Shown piece by piece: positions 42,241 through 57,075 of a DNA stretch of 64,000 nt. The DNA comes from Eledone cirrhosa. Taxonomy: Eukaryota. Each line of letters begins with the position of its first letter. Within the stretch, counting starts at the first letter, position 1. The notes beneath the pieces were generated by a model that was given only the letters and a program-made list of their open reading frames with translations, did not search any database and was not told the DNA's origin. The stretch is taken from NCBI GenBank assembly GCA_964016885.1, contig OZ024740.1:161696001-161760000 (forward strand). Reading direction: 5' to 3'. Both the position numbers and the translations under genes were made by a program.

Positions 42241-44629
42241 TACATACATATACAAGGTTCTAATGAAATAACTTATCATGGTGTATTGTCAGAATGTAAT
42301 ACGTACTAGTATTTCGCTATGGCCCTCTACGTTCTTGTTTAAATCCCGCCGACGTCAACCTTACTTTTCATCCTACCGGAGTTGATAAAATAAATTGCCA
42401 GTAAAGTGCTGGTGCTGGTATAATCGACTTTCCTTATTCCTCCAAAACTGTTGATTTTTTTACCTAAATTAAAAGCCATTATTATTAGGTTCACACTCAA
42501 AGAAATGCAATTTTATTAAAGTTTCGGGCGTAGTTCCTTCGTCGGAAATAGATAGGAAGATAATGAAAGAAAAACGTGGAAAAGAGAAAATAGAAAGGAA
42601 AAGGACAGGTGTCACACATGTACGTTACATCGGCACGATCCTATCTACCTATCTACCTATATATTGTTGGGCAGTCATGTTGCTAACATAAACACTCACA
42701 CTGGTTGTGAGTTCACGTTATTATTAATTTAAATCCCGCCGAGGTTAACTTTGCCTTTCATCCTTACGAGGTCGATAAAATAAACTACCAGTAATGTACT
42801 GGGTAATTGCTGGCCTTGTGCCAAAAGTAGAAACAATTATTAATTTAAATAATTAATTGTTTTATTAAAGTCCTTTACTACACAACTGCGTTTTTTTAAT
42901 GATACATTCGCAACGGCCCTTTCTTTCTTTTTGTGTGAGGTATTTTATGAAGTATGTATACCTGTGCATATGTGTTTTCTTGCTTCTGAGATGTTTTTAA
43001 TTATAATTTTGAGAAATATTATGTTTAAAAAAGACTAATTTCCAACCGATAATTGAAACAAGGAGATGCCATTGAAACCTAAGAAAAAATAAAACATCGA
43101 TTGGAGTCATTTGGATTGCTAGAAACAACAGTCACTTCTCCTTCAACCCTTCGCTACTGACTTAAAAATGCAACGAAGACGTGTGTGCTTGATAATGTAG
43201 CTACAGATACTTTAAAAAAACGGTATGGTCGCGATTGAAATGATTTATGCTGTAAGTCTACTCAATCTGCGCTTATTATTAGGAGTCACACTTTTCACTT
43301 TAACCGGCCTCTTATGACGTTGCATCTCATAGTAGGTTTTTGTGATGTTTTAATGATAGGGTACCCAGGTTTATCAATTTTTTCAGTGAGAGGATTCGAG
43401 ATTTAAACTCAGAAAATACAGATTTGGAATAAATGTCTGAAATTATCTCGTCCGGTGCTCTAACAATTCTACCAATCCACCACCCTAGGCTGTTACTTTA
43501 TTTATCCACCCGAAATTATGAAAGGCAAAGTTTCCTTCGATGAAATGTGAGCTAAGAGCATCGTTAACAAATACTAACGATTCCGCCAATTCGCAATCTT
43601 AACCGAAACTCTAACGATTCTGCCAACTGCCCTATTGGTCTAGGCCTAAACAATAACAACAACAACAACACCAGAAGAAATAGCAGCAACACCCACAGAA
43701 TCAGCAGCAACAACAACTGGGAGTGGCCGAAAGTGAGTGAAGTGAAATGAATATTGTCTCACATCAGTGTCTACAATTTCCCTCAGTGTCGATCAATATC
43801 TTGGGCTGAGGAATTTCATATTAACTTCAGTGAACATTATACCATGTGTGAGAGGGAGATATCAGTTTATCGTTCCATCTGATATATAAGCAACTGTTTT
43901 TCGTCACATAATCTTCTCGATCGTTATGCTAAACCTTAACTCGAAACGAGTAGTATCTTTTTTCATTTGTCCGTGCACGGTTATATTATTCTCAAATAAC
44001 ATATTGGATTTTTGCTTCTTTCAAACTAACATAATCTATTCCACACACCTTTTCATCTTTTGGAATAATTGGAGCGGTGGGGTATTGTTCAGTTTCTTTC
44101 TCTTTTTTTTTCCTTTTGTGGGTGGGACACCGACACGTCAGTAATTACTATAAAAAGCATGTCAAACTAACGAGTAAATCTCTAAATACTCGGTCAAAGT
44201 GCTAGAAACAATAGTCAAAATCTCCTTCAAATCATACAGTCTTACATAATGGAAGACATATTAGATGATGCAATTCTTGATATTAAAAACTACGGACGGC
44301 ACACGCAGTCGAGAATGACTTGGTAGCATGTGTCATGTTTGCGCAAATAGTTTTAGATTCCCATTTACTCATAAGTAGACACAGACACCCTTGACTTGCA
44401 GGTACATCCAGAAAAGAAAAAGTTGCATCAGCACTAAGCTGGTGCTCCCTTTGTATGTATGTATGTATGTATGTATGTATGTATGTATGTATGTATGTAT
44501 GTATGTACGTACGTATGTACTCGTAACACTTGATGAAGTCGTAGATGCGTGGTTGTGACCTTGGGACTTTATTTTTTTGTCACCTGTCGAAGCCTATCTC
44601 ATCTCCAGGTCTAATACAGACGATTACCT

Positions 44630-44740
<111 letters not shown>

Positions 44741-44774
44741 TAAAAAGGAAGTTAGAAAGAGATACAGAGGAAGA

Positions 44775-44932
44775 ATTTGCCCCAGTACTAGACTGGTACT
44801 TATTTTATCGACCGTGAGAGAATGAAAAGCAAATTTGATTTTGGCAGGATTTGAACGCAAAGCGTTGAGAGTCGGAACGAATACTCCAAACCAGTCTTTC
44901 CGCCGTCCCAATGATTCTGCCAATTCACCGCC
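44775..44932 (-). mobile_element. Nin/Deu-like SINE
   Basis: GGTACTTATTTTATCGACC...ATGAAAAGCAAATTTGA...TTCTGCCAATTCACCGCC. Confidence 0.7.
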
Positions 44933-45051
44933 TATGGTGATCTCTTTATTATCCTGAGAAAAAAATGAAAGGTAAAGTAGACTTTGGTAAAGAGATAGAA
45001 TAAACATCGCTACACCTTGACTTCCCGATATATTATTTATTTAGAATTAAA

Positions 45052-45295
45052 GATGTCCCAGAAAAGAATCGCTGGACAGATTTTACGTGCAAAACCAACA
45101 AGTAGGAAATCCAGGGGTAGACTCCGAGCAAGATGGTTAGATAACATCCATGAGCTTTGCTGGTGACGTTTAGATCAGTTGGAGACGATTCAGTTGGAAA
45201 CGGTTGCTTCTAACAGGACCCGCCGGAGGGAGTGTTTGAGGACTCTGCCTCCACGACTCGGAATAAGTGGGCGAAGAATAAGAGAAGAAGAATTA
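45052..45295 (+). mobile_element. 3' end of an RTE (Expander/Rex3-like) LINE
   Basis: ...KPTSRKSRGRLRARWLDNIHELCW*...VASNRTRRRECLRTLPPR followed by an AGA-rich tail. Confidence 0.65.
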
Positions 45296-46129
45296 AATAT
45301 ATGATTTATGATCACGGCTGTAACAATTTTTACCAAAGATCTGTTCAATCTGGACTGACCTGGGCTAGACAACTAAATCATTTTACATACAGAGACACCA
45401 CATATATATTCAGCATCCTTGTCAAATCGCATATCTCTCTAATGTTGTTGACGTTATCATAAGCCATAAAATATGTTTTGGTTTATTTATCCTCGTTTGT
45501 TCATCATGGTGTGACCTACGATCTCTTGTAAAATGTCATGTCAGTATGTACTATTTCAGTGGCATTCGAGCCAACAAGTGCGTCTCTGTGTACTCCCTCT
45601 AACTGTCAGAAATAACGGCCAAATACCATTTAAATTACATCTTATTGCCGCATAACCAAGAGCAATTAATTAACACGTAAAAGTCGCAGATATGCGACTC
45701 GTCTACAAGAGAATACAGTATGAAGACACCTGTCCGAAGAGCTGCTGCATAGTGGAGTCGAACTCGGGACCACTTGATTCCAAATCGTATTTTATAACAG
45801 CACAGCCAAACCTTTCCTCTATAATGGAATTATTGGTATGGACAGGCATTATAAACCCTATAGAGAGTTATGTTTCTAGTAGAAGGTGTGGTCGGATTTT
45901 ATGCCACAAACAGCAAACTAAATTACTAAGTAATACAACCAACCTTTTTATTTTGTCATCTATAATATAGCATTTATTAACTTTTACTTATAATTATTAG
46001 TTGCTTTATTTTTATTGTTGTTTTTTTTTCTCAATAACAAACCTACGTGTGAAAATAAATGTCAAGCTAGTATATAAACGCCTGTTTCAATATATGTTTG
46101 TGTATGAAGGGAAATATATCATGTGAATG

Positions 46130-46237
<108 letters not shown>

Positions 46238-46358
46238 GGGGGAGGGAGAGAGAGAGAAGGGGAGAGACACAGAGAAATATACATATTTAATGTGTGGCTG
46301 GAATGTGTTATATTGAATACCCATATGTTTAATTTCGTACGTACACACACACACACAT

Positions 46359-46428
<70 letters not shown>

Positions 46429-47013
46429 AGGAGGTTATAGTTCACTTGAAGCATTGTGTAATGAGGTATAAACGTTTGTATATGTATAATAAAGCCAAAA
46501 CAATGCAGGTATGGACATAGAATAAAGAATGCAAATGCAAAAGATATTGTTGACAATTAGTCTTTTACCTTAGATTTATATAAATGTCCTTAATTTTCGA
46601 GATAATATCTCTTCTTCGGAGGGAAGTAAAGCGGTTAAACAAGTGTTCTAAATAGCTTGCTAAGTCATGCTGAGAGGAAATGGTATAGAGTATCTGTTCT
46701 ATCTTTAATGTCAAATAGTTAAGGTTAGGTGGATAAAGAGTAGACTCCCTTTAAAAGGGGTTTTTTTTTTTTTTGTTTAAGTGTGTGGGAGAATGCATGA
46801 AGGTGTAACTATGTGGGTGTGTGTGTGTGAGAGTGAGAAGATATGTCTATACGTAAATGTGAGGGATAGATATTATCTCGTGTTAGAACTTGTCTTTGTG
46901 TGTGTATGTGTGTGTGTGAGAGAGAATAAGTGGAGGTGTAAGCGTGTGTATGTGTGTGTGTGCGTGTGTGTGTGCGTGTGTGTGGGGGTGTAAATATGGG
47001 GCGAGAAGCTCTA

Positions 47014-47840
47014 TCAAGTTATAAATTGGGTGTTGAGTTCTAGTCTATTATTGATTGGTGGTTGTGTTTTGTCTATAATTAGTGCTTCCTTAATTCTAAG
47101 ATTGCCGAGGTTTCTTTCCTTAGTTTCTATCCTAACTATTATGGTTTTGTCGGTGTTTTTGCATTTAACTAGGTGTTTCTTAAATGAGGAAGCGTTAGTA
47201 TTGAGGTGTTCTTTTATTCTTATGTGGAGTGGTCTGGTGGTGCTACCTACGTAGAAGTTTCTGCATTTGTCACACTCTAGTCTGTATACGACGTAAGCCT
47301 GGTGGCATAGGTCTGTGTCGTTGATGGGGCAGTTGGATAGCCTGCAGCAGCTGTCATGTCTGGTGGAGTGTCTTTTGGTTAGCTGTCCGTAGAGAAGGAC
47401 CTGAGTGGGCCAGTTGGATATCTAGTCCCTCTCGTCTGATAGCTCTGCGGATGGCTGTTGTTGTTTCGTCACTGAAGTGTGGGAGCTTCAGGAAGCAAGT
47501 GTTAGTGCCTCGGGTGTGGTGTCCTCTGTTCTTTCTGGCACGGTTTGTGGTGGATGTCGTGTATCAATTCAGTTTGAGAACTTCCAGGAAATGTGTGGTG
47601 TGTGTGTCTCGGTCTCTAGCGTCGGTGAATTTGTTCCGGATACGTGTTAGTTCGTTCCTTATGTATCCGAACTTAGCGCCGGCTGGGAGGGCCGATCTGA
47701 AATGTACGAACAGGTCCCTGCTGGCGGCTTTTTTATAGAAGCCGGTGTGGATGTTGCCTTCCTCTGTTACCCTGAGTTGGAAGTCCAGTAGGGATAGGCA
47801 TCCGCGGTCATCGGGGTGTTCCATGTTCCAAACCGTGCCA
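47014..47840 (-). pseudogene. Penelope RT thumb plus GIY-YIG endonuclease (disrupted)
   Basis: MEHPDDRGCLSLLDFQL...GFYKK...VHFRSALP...IRNE; an internal stop follows; then CPINDTDLCHQAYVVYRLECDKCRNFYVGSTTRPLHIRIKEH...LRIKEALII...PPINNRLE* (stop at 47014). Confidence 0.9.
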
Positions 47841-48226
47841 GAAAGAACAGAGGACACACACACACACGCACACACACACACACACACACACACGCTTACA
47901 CCTCCACTTATTCTCTCTCTCACACACACACATACACACACAAAGACCAGTTCTAACACGAGATAACATCTATCCCCCACATTTACGTATAGACATATCT
48001 TCTCACTCTCACACACACGCACTCACATAGTTACACCTTCATGCATTCTCCCACACACTTAAACAGGCATGTACAAAAAAAAAAAAAAAAACTTTTAAAG
48101 GGAGACTACTCTTTATCCACCGAACCTTAACTCTTTGACATTAGAGATAGAACAGATACTCTATACCATTTCCTGTCAGCATGACTTGGCAAGCTATTTA
48201 GAACACTGGTTTAACCGCTTTACTTC

Positions 48227-48261
48227 CCTCCGAAGAAGAGATATTATCTCGAAAATTAAGG
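48227..48261 (+). ncRNA. Minimal hammerhead-like motif (U4C core) in the pLTR; mirror copy at 46588-46622 minus
   Basis: CCT-CCGAAGA-aGAGATattATCTC-GAAA-AT-TA-AGG. Stem III is reduced to the palindrome AATT. Confidence 0.5.
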
Positions 48262-48375
48262 ACATTTAAATAAATCTAAGGTAAAAGACTAATTGTCAAC
48301 AATATCTTTTGCATTTGCATTCTTTATTCTATGTCCATACCTGCATTGTTTTGGCTTTATTATACATATACAAAC

Positions 48376-48479
<104 letters not shown>

Positions 48480-50319
48480 ATACTTGGGAAGAGTCATATT
48501 GTTATAATATTGCCAGAAATAATAACAGAACACAGTCACTGTTTGTTTTGGGTTGGTTTTCGCTTCTATATCTTGTATATATATATTGATTTTGCTAACG
48601 AAAATTTATGAAATGAGACTATCCATGTCTCACGCAGGCCCCTTTGGTGGCAAATACGACCATAGCAGCTACAAGGGAAATTCTGTTCTGAACAGAGTAC
48701 TGCTGTGCTACTTTCTCTTTTCTTCGACGTTAGCCTTGAGTAATTCTGGCGAGTGATGTAGGCACCTCACCCGAGCAGAGGCCATATCAAACCAACGGTG
48801 ATAATCAATATATATATATATATATATATAATATATATATATATATTTATGAGAGAGGTGGCATTTTCTACTTACCTATAAGCAAGTCACTTCGTAGACA
48901 GAAAGTGAGTGTACATGTTCTATAATGCATTTCAAAGAAATAAAGAAACATGTAAGTACATTTAATCAGGGAAATTTTCTACTCGCAGAGAGATACAAAT
49001 ATAGGTTTGCCTTTGTCTACCTCACGCAAGCAAAGCTTATGATGCAGACCTGTCAACTCTCTCCGTCCGACGGGGAGGTCTCCTACCAACTTGGGGTGAG
49101 TGAGAAATGTCTTCTTTTGTAAAAATAGTTATAGCTTTCATTATGTAAAATCTTCCATTTTGCTTCATTTCTTCCCGTTTTGGGGCACTTTTTGCATGGT
49201 ACTCCCCGTTTGGGCTTTTAGAGGTTGGCAGGTCTAGTTTTGTTAGTGGTAGTTTGTCCCACGTCAGTCCTCATTGAGTAGAAGACTTATGAACAAAAAT
49301 ACTCAAGTAATGGCCCGTCAGTTATATATATATATTTATTAATTTATTTTCGGGTACCATGCATCTTATGCTACATTATCCAAAGTCAATGTCCACATCT
49401 TTAAGACGGATTTAATATAAAGTTTGGCAGTTATTTCTAGTATGTCAAGCGAGCACGCAGAAGCCCCCTTGGTTTGCCCGGCATTAGTAATATAATTCTC
49501 CGCGGATAAATAATTTTGTTATTAATTGTAGAAGGTTATGCAGCGTCTATGACCTTTTGTTGGCCTAATCAGACTGCCGTGATCAGTTAAGATACTTAGT
49601 GTGGTTGCTGTTGTTTTTGGTCTTATTGTTTAGCCCCAGATCACCTCTAATTGAGTAGGTGTTCCAGGCGTGAGACTCCCACTATTTTTGTATAATTCTA
49701 AAGACGGTTTCGGTTATAGTTGAGCACTTTAGATTGTCAACAGACGATCAGATACCGAATATTTTCTGTGTATAAAGAGAATTATAGATTGGGATGTAAA
49801 TTAAATAATATAGTTGTCGTTCAATTTAAGATTGAACAACATAGTATTTGTACTGACGTTTAAAATCTTACCAACGACTGTGAGACATGGCCTTTGATTC
49901 TGAAGGTTATCGTTATGCTGTTTATTTTGTTGTGATGTATATTACACATTCAGATGTTTGTGGAGACGATTCGATATTAACCTTGCTACTCCTATTTGTT
50001 ATTTGCAAAATGGTAACTTAACGTATAATATTAATTCGTACGTTTAGACACAGCGAGCCCTTATAAAAAAAATCAAATTCATTTTATAATTTACATATCA
50101 TTCAGAGCGCATCTTTATAGTAAAGCTTCATACTGTAACATGGAACAAGCAAACCGAATTAATTTCTACTTACTCATATATGCGCCATTAATTCCTTAAA
50201 CACCATACAGAAACTTTGGCAATGAAATACTGAAATGGCACGATTCTTTTTAAATATCATGTTTTAGAAATAACACTATGGTGTTAGAATGACATCTCCT
50301 TAAATATATTTTGCCTGAA

Positions 50320-50395
<76 letters not shown>

Positions 50396-53387
50396 GGGGG
50401 GGGGGTATTCATATATATATATATATAACCAAAAGCACTTTCTCCATAAATTCATATAGAACTGTGTATCATACACCTGTTTAAAAATAAATTGATGCAT
50501 AAAATTCACAACCACACGTCATACATTACCATATCAATTAATGACAATTAGTGTTTCTAAATTTGAAACGTAACTATAAAGTTTACAACAGTAATTTTAA
50601 TGGTAAATTATAATGTACAAAATTATCTATTTTGTGTATGTGTGTATATGCATATATATACACAACACATAAAAAGTTAGTACATAAAAAAAACATATCC
50701 CGAAATTATAGTGTCATTTATGAATATGAAATCATATATCTTTACCTGAAAAATCATGAACTAGCGATATTTTTAATGTGGAAGTTGTAATATGAAGATA
50801 TAATATTTAGTTATACACAAAGAGAGCGAAATAATCTATGAGAAAAGTAAAAATGAATTGCAGGACTAGATCGTGGTTTCGTGCAATCAGTCCTTCCATC
50901 GACAGTACACATCACTGCGTTGTAAAATAGAATTACAGTATGAACAATGTAAACTGTATAAATAGTCTGTTATCTTGCACTTCTATGGCGTCGAAAACAA
51001 AGGCAAACGCATACATATATAATTTGATCATTATCCTTCATTAAGCATTTTCTTCTAAAAGCCGTCAATTTTGCCACAAGATAAACAAATAGCACACAAC
51101 GCAATCTGCAGATTATTATGCATGCCAGGAGATATTTCTTTTTAAGCGAGTATGCTTAAGAGATTAAAAGCATACAGAAGTTTATGAATTAAAAGAAGTA
51201 ACTAGAACATTTATTAGTAGAAGATACATATAAAATGACTTAGTCAAGAGGAGAGCAGTAGCATGATTGAAACGGAATTTTTACCAGTATGTTGTGTGAA
51301 TATTTTGACACCAGGAGATAGCTCGTGGGAGAAATTGGCAGAAGAAGAATATATTTTGAAATAAATATTTCTTTTATATGTAACATTGAACATTTAGAGA
51401 CATTACTATTAAAGTAAACAACAAAAACATAGAATGTATAGATGGTTCAGTGCAATATAGAAGTGTGATAGAATGCAGCCATGGCATCGCAGGTGAGATC
51501 AAGTAGAAATTGAGAAAAGAAGCATATGGATTTGTTAAATTGTAAGATTTCTTTTACAAAACATATTAGCGATGAACTCAAGTTTTATTCAACATTTTGC
51601 TAATGTGCTGGAAATACAAAATCAGAAAACTGCATGAAAGAAAACTATGATGATTTTTTTCTAGCTCTTGTCAACATGCTGCTCCTATGTTGATAAAACC
51701 TCAGAAAACCACACAGTCCATACAAATGCACCAGAATATTATGAAGCTACGCAATGAAGATCTATTCATTAATACTGGATTTCTGAGAATAAGTTTTAAA
51801 CCTCCAAAATTTACCATCACAAAGTGTTGTCTAATCGATATGAAATATATTCTTAAGATAAAATAGGGTCTCATTTTAAAGTAAACTTATGAATGGAAAA
51901 GGTCGGAGACAGAAGAGATACGCGTAGAGGAAGATGAATTAATAACCTAAAGGATGGTGTCAACTAATATAGGAATAATCTTGTCGAATGAACCAACACT
52001 TCGCAGCAACCGAATAGCGTGGTGATTATAAGTTGAGAGCTGACATTCCTGTCGGCTGGAAATCGAACGAACCAACAAACCTTTCTGTTTGTTCTTTTCT
52101 GATAAAATATGAACAGTTTAAACTGCAGGTAACAATATAAAGTAACAATGTCTGTCAATATATTTAAGACATTTGTGGACATTTACAAACACTAGGCTAA
52201 CTATTTTATTTACTAGACTATATTTCATTTTGATTTTTAACACAAGCGCAAGAGTACACATATAATGAAATAGATATAGTCGATCATATCGACCTAGTAT
52301 TTGATCGGTATTAATTTTCATCGATGGTGGAAGAATGAAAAACAAAATTGACTTAGTTCGGATTTAAACTCAGAACACACAAAAACCGTAACAATGATAA
52401 TTATCACAATGCTTTTATCCAACATTCTAACGATTCTACTTACTCATTGACCATTTATTTAATATTAGAGTTGGTTTTACTTCTCGATAGTAATACGTTA
52501 TTAAACAAAGAGGAATTTATTTACCTGTTAGTTAATTGACTGAGGAATGATAACCATTCACATGTTAAAAGGCAATAGTTTGTAAACGACAAAAACAAAT
52601 TTAGATGTTTTCTTTCTCCCCACTTCCAGTCCCAAAGAATCTATTTGCTCCCGTTCCGTGATCCCATTTCCGCTTTCAATTGTACGGTTCTAAATTCGTA
52701 TTTAAAAACAAAAACAAAAAACACCTACATCCATTTGGATAAATACATTTGCCAAACTTAACAGAAATAAATCCAAATGCAATAATTTTAAAGTGTTTTT
52801 CTTTTCTTCCTCAAATTATTTCCATTCTCATTGCTTTTGTTATTTTGAGTGATTTTTATTTTTTATTATTATTTACAAAGATATCTCACTTAGATGGAGA
52901 CATTTCTTTTATCACATACTGTGCACTAATATTATAATAAATAGTCGAAACTGAATGTATTAAGCCACCAAAGCTGTTTTAGCTGCGCATCAACTAAACG
53001 TACAACTAAGGCAACTTTCGGTGTGGGTAGGTCAAGATTGTTAACATTCAAATATATATGGCTCACATACTAACATATAACCATCCACAACCATGTAACA
53101 TCAAATGCAGTAATTTCTTCCTGTCGACATCTTAGCTGGAATTTCATGTAAGGAATGACAAATTATCTAAATCAATGATTATAAACCTCGCAAATAAACT
53201 TAGAAAAACACATCTTACAACATATATCTTAATGGACAAATTTTAGAACAGCATCTGGCAGAGACAGAGATAGTTATAATACTTTTAACGAATTCTCCCA
53301 GATAAGAACAGTTGGGTTCATATAGACTGAAGAATTTTCATGGAGTGGAGGAAATTGTAAGTTATAAAAGAGGTTTAGGAAATTCAG

Positions 53388-53535
53388 TAGGTGGCAAATT
53401 AGCAGAATTGCTAAAGCATAGAACAAAATACCATGCGGTAGTTGCTCCGGCGATCATCGCTCTGAATTCAAATTCCGCCGAAGTCAAATTTGCATTTCAT
53501 ATTTTTAGAGGATCGATAAAACAAAGTACTACTCC
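53388..53535 (+). mobile_element. Nin/Deu-like SINE, diverged
   Basis: GGTGGCAAATTAGCAGAATTG...GAATTCAAATTCCGCCGAAGTC...TTTCAT...TCGATAAA. Confidence 0.6.
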
Positions 53536-53860
53536 ATGACAGTGAAATCGTGAAATTATTGGGCGAAATTCATAATAGTATTTGTTCGAATTCTTTTCGT
53601 TCCCAGTTCGAATTCGCGCTGCGGCCTATTTGGCTGATACACTAAATCTGTCACCAGGTTTAAAACGCCCACCTAGCCCTTAAGTGCCATTAACAGAGTT
53701 TGCTTTATTGCTCGGCCTCATGTCAAAGTATACCTTCTTCGTGCCATTTTTGGAAGTCCTGAAATTGTCGTGGGCGCTACATCCCTCCAGCTGACTCCAC
53801 TGGGAAAAAGAATTCTTTAAACTCTAATTATTAGAGGTGCATCTATGAGTGATGACTAAT

Positions 53861-54570
53861 CTCTCGGAGGTTGAGGTCACAAGGGCATTGAAAGAGCGCA
53901 AATGTGACAAGGCCGCTCGAGAGGATGAAATCTGATCTCAGATGTTAAAAGCCTTAAATAGAGAAGGTATTCTATGGATGACTCGTGGGTGTCGGGTAGC
54001 TTGAATCTCTGGAAAGGCACCTAGGCAATGGTAATCGGGAGTGATAACTCCAATTTTCAAAAACGGAAACAAAAGAGAATGCTTCAATTATAGAGGGATC
54101 TCCTTGCTAAGCCTCATCGCTAATGTCTATGCTAAGTGTCTGGCAAGATGTAGGGAAATTGTGAGTGATGGGAGACAGGATGTTGAATTAAGTGCAAGAA
54201 TTGTAGTAGCTGGCGTAGTAATGCGTCAACTTCAGAATTCGTTAATCAGAAGAAGGTAGATGTAAAAGTCAAACACGCAATCTTCGATTCGGTATTCGTG
54301 CCAACCCTGAATCAGGGATAATGACCGAAAGAATATGATCGTGAGTATAAGCAGCCGAAATTGGGTTTCTGTGAAGGGTCATTGGTGTAACGTTACTCGA
54401 TAGAGTGAGTAGCTCAGAAATCAGACAGTCGCTCCAGATACAGCAACTACTTCTCTGAATTCCTAAAATGAGTGTTTTAGGGCTGTTCCCTCTTCCCAAG
54501 AAGAAGAAGAAGAAGAAGAAGAAGAAGAAGAAGAAGAAGAAGAAGAAGAAGAAGAAGAAGAAGAAGAAGA
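53861..54570 (+). pseudogene. Internally deleted RTE (Expander/Rex3-like) RT fragment with an (AAG)n run
   Basis: LSEVEVTRALK...KAAREDEI...GKAPRQW*SGVITPIFKNGNKRECFNYRGISLLS, then SDGRQDVELSARI...AAEIGFL*RVIGVTLLDRVSSSEIR. Confidence 0.85.
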
Positions 54571-55055
54571 ATGTGCGTAAAGACATGAACCTTGTAAACG
54601 GAAATATATAAATTATGAAGCTTTGGTTATCATTTGAATATATTAATAACATTTAAATCCTAACACTAACCTATCTCTGAATTAATGATAAAAATGTAAT
54701 ATTTTCACAAACCTGACATCTTGCACAGTAATAAAATAATAATGATAATAACAATAATAACTATATCAATAAACACAAACGTTATATGTTTTTTATTATT
54801 ATTTTAGATATATTACTACGAAATTAGATAGTTTTAAGATTATATGAGTTCCATAGGGCTGTAAGTTAAGATTTGATACATCGTAAAATTTCCAGTGAAT
54901 TAAATAATTTAAAATTCTTTTTGAATTATGAAGGCTGTTGAATAAAAACATCTGTTACTGCGTTATTTATTTCATAATTGTTGGCTAAACCTTTCTACAA
55001 ATCTCCTATTATAAATAGTATTCTGCAGAAAAATACAAACACACACACGCACGCA

Positions 55056-55160
<105 letters not shown>

Positions 55161-55439
55161 TATATGTACGTATGTATGTTTGTATGTATGTATATATATA
55201 GGAATGAAAAATGGCGTGCTGTGTTGTTGCAAATGTGATATACAAATTAATTTGTATATGTATATATATATATATTATGTAGTTGAACATGGAATCCGTA
55301 TCACTAACATGCTGGATTAATATCTACATGATAACATACACAGATACATATATTTCTATGTGGATAATATAAACGCACATTCAAACATATAAGGCTATAT
55401 ATCTCTATACACATACCGCTATACTGCTTGTGTATTTAA

Positions 55440-55705
55440 TTATTCCGGTTTCATGGGCGTATAACCAAACGGGAGTACGAGATTCTCATCTGACCAGGAC
55501 TCCAGTCTTTTGTAAGTTTAACCACCGGCTCTTCATCACAGCTTCTCAGCTGTTACAGGTACTCATATCCTTCAGAGTTGGCCGGAACAACGTGAAATGA
55601 AGTATTTTGCTCAAGAACACAACGCTCTACACGGTCCAGAAATTGAACCAACGACATTACATTTGTAAGTGCGGCATCCTATTCATAACGCCGCCCGCCT
55701 TCATA
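55440..55705 (-). mobile_element. tRNA-derived SINE, diverged (as 37030)
   Basis: CAACGTGAAATGAAGTATTTTGCTCAAGAACACAACGC...CGCCTTCA. Confidence 0.6.
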
Positions 55706-56384
55706 CATATGAATGTATGTTTGTATGTTTGTATGTGCGTGCACGTGTCTGTGTGCTTCCGTGTCTTTATTTTCTGACACGAAAATTTCTCCAAATATTG
55801 CAAATCATCTTGCGTTATGGGAATTTTTATTTATATATTTATCTTATTTTTATTTTTATTTTATTTTATTTATTTATTGCAAACCACTAAATCAGTGTCT
55901 AGCAAACACCGTAAATTTTCAAAGCAAACAGCTATTAGAACACCTGTCGGTATGAATATTTGTTATAGCCATGTAATTAAAAGTTTTAACATTTTCACCC
56001 ATATATTTCTGGTTTCGTAAATGTATTCACAAGCAGAACATCTTGCTGCTTTGTGAGAAAGTTTCGGTTAAGTAATCAAAACTATATAAAGAACTTCCTC
56101 AACAGAACATTACCAGCTCCTTTAGAACGTTAATATATTATTGCTTTGCTCGCATTCTCTAGCATTTAAAGATATATCTCTTTTCGGTATTTAAGGCCTT
56201 GGTCTCATTCCGCAGCTCTCGTATTATTGCTAGAGCGTGAATTCTCATCCGACTACTACTACTGCTACTGCTACTACTACTACAACTACTACTACTATCA
56301 CCACCACTACTTCCTACACTTCCTCTCACTGCCATTAGCACCACTGCATCCATCAATATTGCTTAAACTAATAATTGTTTCTTA

Positions 56385-56792
56385 CATAAGTTCAAGGCAA
56401 GTAATTTTGTGGGAAGGGCAAATCCGTTTATATAAACCCCAGTACTTATCTGATACTTTATTTTATCCATCCAGGCAGGATAAAAGGCAAAATTGACTGC
56501 AGCTAGATTTGAACCCAGTACGTAAAGAGCCAAAACAAATACCACAAAGCACTTTGGCAATGTTCTAACGATTCTGCCAAAACATTGAATAATAATTTCT
56601 ATTTTGGACACAAGGTCATCAATTTGGGAGAAGGGGAAAGTCGATTTAATCAAAACCAGTGTGTGACTGGTACTTTATTTTATCGACCCTCGACAAATAA
56701 AAGGCAAAATTAACGTGCTTGTGGTGAACGAAGAGAGCTGTAACTAAATGCTCCAAAGCACTTTGTCCGCCGATCTAACGATTCTCTCAATC
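56385..56792 (-). mobile_element. Two tandem Nin/Deu-like SINE copies
   Basis: TACTTTATTTTATC...AAAGGCAAAATT...CTAACGATTCT occurs twice. Confidence 0.65.
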
Positions 56793-56985
56793 ACCTATGT
56801 GTCTCATACATATCACAGTCTATAAGTTTATAATAACGTTTAGACATAACTAATAGATTAGATAAATATTTGTAAGCAATCATTTATAGTTTTAGCTGGA
56901 AATTACCAAATCTTTGTTTCTCTTCACTACCCTGAACATATATACTTCTCCCTATATGTACACACACACACATTCACACACACTC

Positions 56986-57072
<87 letters not shown>

Positions 57073-57075
<3 letters not shown>

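Noticed and set aside
51050-51800. Possible decayed hAT transposase (EVYELKEVTRTF-like peptide)
   Set aside because: Only a short resemblance with many stops and no termini found. It needs a translated HMM search.
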